A stretch of DNA of 64,000 bases from Massalongia carnosa (taxonomy: Eukaryota): assembly GCA_965645245.1 (NCBI GenBank), contig OZ287070.1, positions 2,480,001 through 2,544,000 of the forward strand, written 5' to 3'. The notes below the pieces were generated by a model, which was given only the letters and a program-made list of their open reading frames with translations, had not been told where the DNA came from and made no database searches. Made by a program: the position numbers and the translations under genes. Positions 61,700 to 64,000 of the stretch are shown here, in pieces (positions within the stretch are counted from its first letter, which is position 1; every line of letters starts with the position of its first letter).

Positions 61700-63595
61700 A
61701 TGCCTCCAACCACTAGGCGCATGACCGCCAGCGGCGTTAAGCCTGCAGAGGAATATGCCGAAACGCCGAAGAGGATCAGAAATCCCGGGACGGGAATTGA
61801 AAAGCCAAAGGATCCTTCTAGGGTTACGACGAAGAGGCGCGGGTCGAATGGTGGGAGAAAGCAGAAAGCAAAGAAAATAGATCGGGGGGTGAAGAAGAAC
61901 GATTTGGTAGAGAAGGACATACAACGGAATGTGGATGCGCTCAAGCGACAAGAACCCCAGGGCCAAGGGGTCCAACCTACGACTCCTGCCGGGGAGAGTG
62001 GGGTTCTTGACCAAGGAAAAGGGGAATGGAAGAGGAAGGATTCAATATTCGAAAATTTAGAGAAAGTAACTGACGAGACGAAGGAGAAGGAGGAGCTATG
62101 TCTAAATGTAAACGAAACGAAAAAACCCGGGGCACGAAGGGTGAGATTTGAGCCTGACGTTTGCGAGATGGTTGAGGATGAGAATGGAAACTGGACCGGA
62201 ATCCACTACACTGATCAGCAGGAAGTTGAAATAACAGCTGAAGAGAGGGCACGAGAATCAATGCCTGTGAAACGTGACGAGGGAAAGATAAGGAGCCAAA
62301 TGAGAAATAAGAAAACCGAGGGTGAAAGCAGCAGCAAGGAGGAACGACCAAAACTCGCTGCTGCTAAGCCGCAGCAGGCAGAAAAAAGAAGCAATACTGA
62401 AGCGAAGAACATCAAACTTAAGAAAGGAAAAAACTCGAGGGAATCAGAGAATAATACACCCGATCTTAATACTCTAGACGAAGATGAAACGATTTCTTAC
62501 ACAGAAGGAGACAAGAAAGCACCGAAGAAAAAAATGCTAATCAACAACGGCAAACCCATCTCAAGCCAAAAAAGGCCACGTGAAATAGGATTTGACCGAC
62601 AAGAACTGCAAGACTCCGGATCGCTCGAGTTCGATGCAGCTGAGCCTTCAACTTTGGCAAATCGCATCCACGATATTTGGGATAAATCAAAATTCACGTT
62701 TTACGCCATGGACGTGCCAGACGGATGGGATGAGGTTTATGAAACAATGGAGCCTGCTTTTAGACTAGTATCCCGCTGGATCACCGATCAGACTTTTGAA
62801 CACTTCTGGGGTTCCCTTGTGTTTGGCGATGTGGAAACTTTCTCCGATGTTGATGGGCAGCCAGCTACGAGGATCGTTCCCGTTCAGCTAACACCAGTTC
62901 AACGGAGAATGCTCTCCGATGATCTGTGGGAGTTAGGCTCAGTGCATCGGTTTCGTTTCTTGCCGATTATCGGGGGATGGGCAGAATCCAAAACTTACCA
63001 TCAGCCTAGCAACAACGTAGCCTCGATGACCACCCTGCACCAAGCCTTCCTGCAAAATTGCTATGCCAGATTCCACCGGTCTTCAGAGTCAAGGCAGCTT
63101 CGGTTCCTTTTCTTTCTGGCAGTCAATCTGGGGCACGAGCTGGCACATCTCGTTTTTCGAAAGAGGAGGCTGGATGAAACTGGAGATATCGAGGAGGAGG
63201 AACCTTACTGGAACAGTGAGCTAGTACATAAAGAGCTAGGAACCGCATGGGAGGACTTTATGTTTGGAGGTAGGATTCAAATGCTCAATGCATCGCCTGA
63301 TCCCTTGTCTCAATATGGTTTGGCAGTGTTGCCCCTGGAAATGGCTCGATGGTCACCTTTCCGAGACAGATTGTGCAGAATCGCTGCACTACCCATGGAA
63401 TGGATCAACGACCAATTCTCGGAAGCTTGGTGGACCGATCCCGCAAAAGCGAACGAAAGAATACCAGGAAATCCTCCACTATCTTCAATCAGAGCCACCG
63501 TCAATCGAACCACCCGCTCCAGCGTATTATTAAACAACACACACGAAGAATGGGAGGGTACGTTCCCCAATGCTAAAAACATTATGGGTCACTAA
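61700..63595 (+). CDS. Uncharacterised protein: charged, disordered N-terminal half plus C-terminal domain with an HExxH motif
   Basis: Uninterrupted ORF of more than 600 codons; NLGHELAHL followed by EEPYW and ELGTAWEDFMFGG. Start uncertain: ATG 61568 or 61700. Confidence 0.75.
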   Translation: MPPTTRRMTASGVKPAEEYAETPKRIRNPGTGIEKPKDPSRVTTKRRGSNGGRKQKAKKIDRGVKKNDLVEKDIQRNVDALKRQEPQGQGVQPTTPAGESGVLDQGKGEWKRKDSIFENLEKVTDETKEKEELCLNVNETKKPGARRVRFEPDVCEMVEDENGNWTGIHYTDQQEVEITAEERARESMPVKRDEGKIRSQMRNKKTEGESSSKEERPKLAAAKPQQAEKRSNTEAKNIKLKKGKNSRESENNTPDLNTLDEDETISYTEGDKKAPKKKMLINNGKPISSQKRPREIGFDRQELQDSGSLEFDAAEPSTLANRIHDIWDKSKFTFYAMDVPDGWDEVYETMEPAFRLVSRWITDQTFEHFWGSLVFGDVETFSDVDGQPATRIVPVQLTPVQRRMLSDDLWELGSVHRFRFLPIIGGWAESKTYHQPSNNVASMTTLHQAFLQNCYARFHRSSESRQLRFLFFLAVNLGHELAHLVFRKRRLDETGDIEEEEPYWNSELVHKELGTAWEDFMFGGRIQMLNASPDPLSQYGLAVLPLEMARWSPFRDRLCRIAALPMEWINDQFSEAWWTDPAKANERIPGNPPLSSIRATVNRTTRSSVLLNNTHEEWEGTFPNAKNIMGH

Positions 63596-64000
63596 AGGTA
63601 GAAATGCGGTAACTCGCGGAGCTTGATATTTTTGCTTTTTCTAACGTCTTGGATCTGACTTTAGTTGATTATGGATAAGCAATCTTATATAGTAAAAGAG
63701 TTTTCTTAGCGTCAAATAGCGAATATGCTTTCCAAAGAGAATAGAAGCCTAGTGAAATGATCCCCCAAAAAAGTTCGGGATGTCTATGCCCCTGTTTTTT
63801 TGGAGTCATTTCCCTAGATTCTTAATGATGTTCCCGTCCTTCGAGCTCATCTGTGTTAGGATATCGATATTACTCGATAGGTATCAGATTTGGCTTCAGT
63901 TGTGATGCCCAGAGTACTCTGGGGAGCTTGTCAAGTCTTGCACTGCAGTGTCTAAAATAGGTACTCCATATACCATATACCATATGTTTTTCTTTGTGGC

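Overview
Eukaryotic DNA from a filamentous ascomycete (Pezizomycotina). The evidence is short GT-AG introns with CTAAC/CTGAC branch sites and fungal-type gene families. The left ~8 kb is decayed: unidentified gene relics, a D-2-hydroxyacid dehydrogenase pseudogene and a small inverted-repeat element. A block of conserved genes follows at 8.8-40 kb: DHDPS-family aldolase, DHHC palmitoyltransferase PFA4, MutL-family protein, polo kinase, OPA3, Sel1-repeat chitin synthase activator head-to-head with a class IV chitin synthase, GH17 cell-wall glucanase and GT71 mannosyltransferase. The right ~24 kb looks accessory. It holds three tandem, apparently paralogous 45-62 aa single-pass membrane microprotein genes, an RBR E3 ligase and an intact, very young Ty1/copia element (identical 340-bp LTRs, 5-bp TSD, non-canonical TG...TA ends, half-tRNA primer site). 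It also holds a small secreted Cys-rich PAN/apple-like protein and an uncharacterised HExxH protein. The microprotein trio is the best candidate for an undescribed system. All calls were made by eye; no database searches were run.
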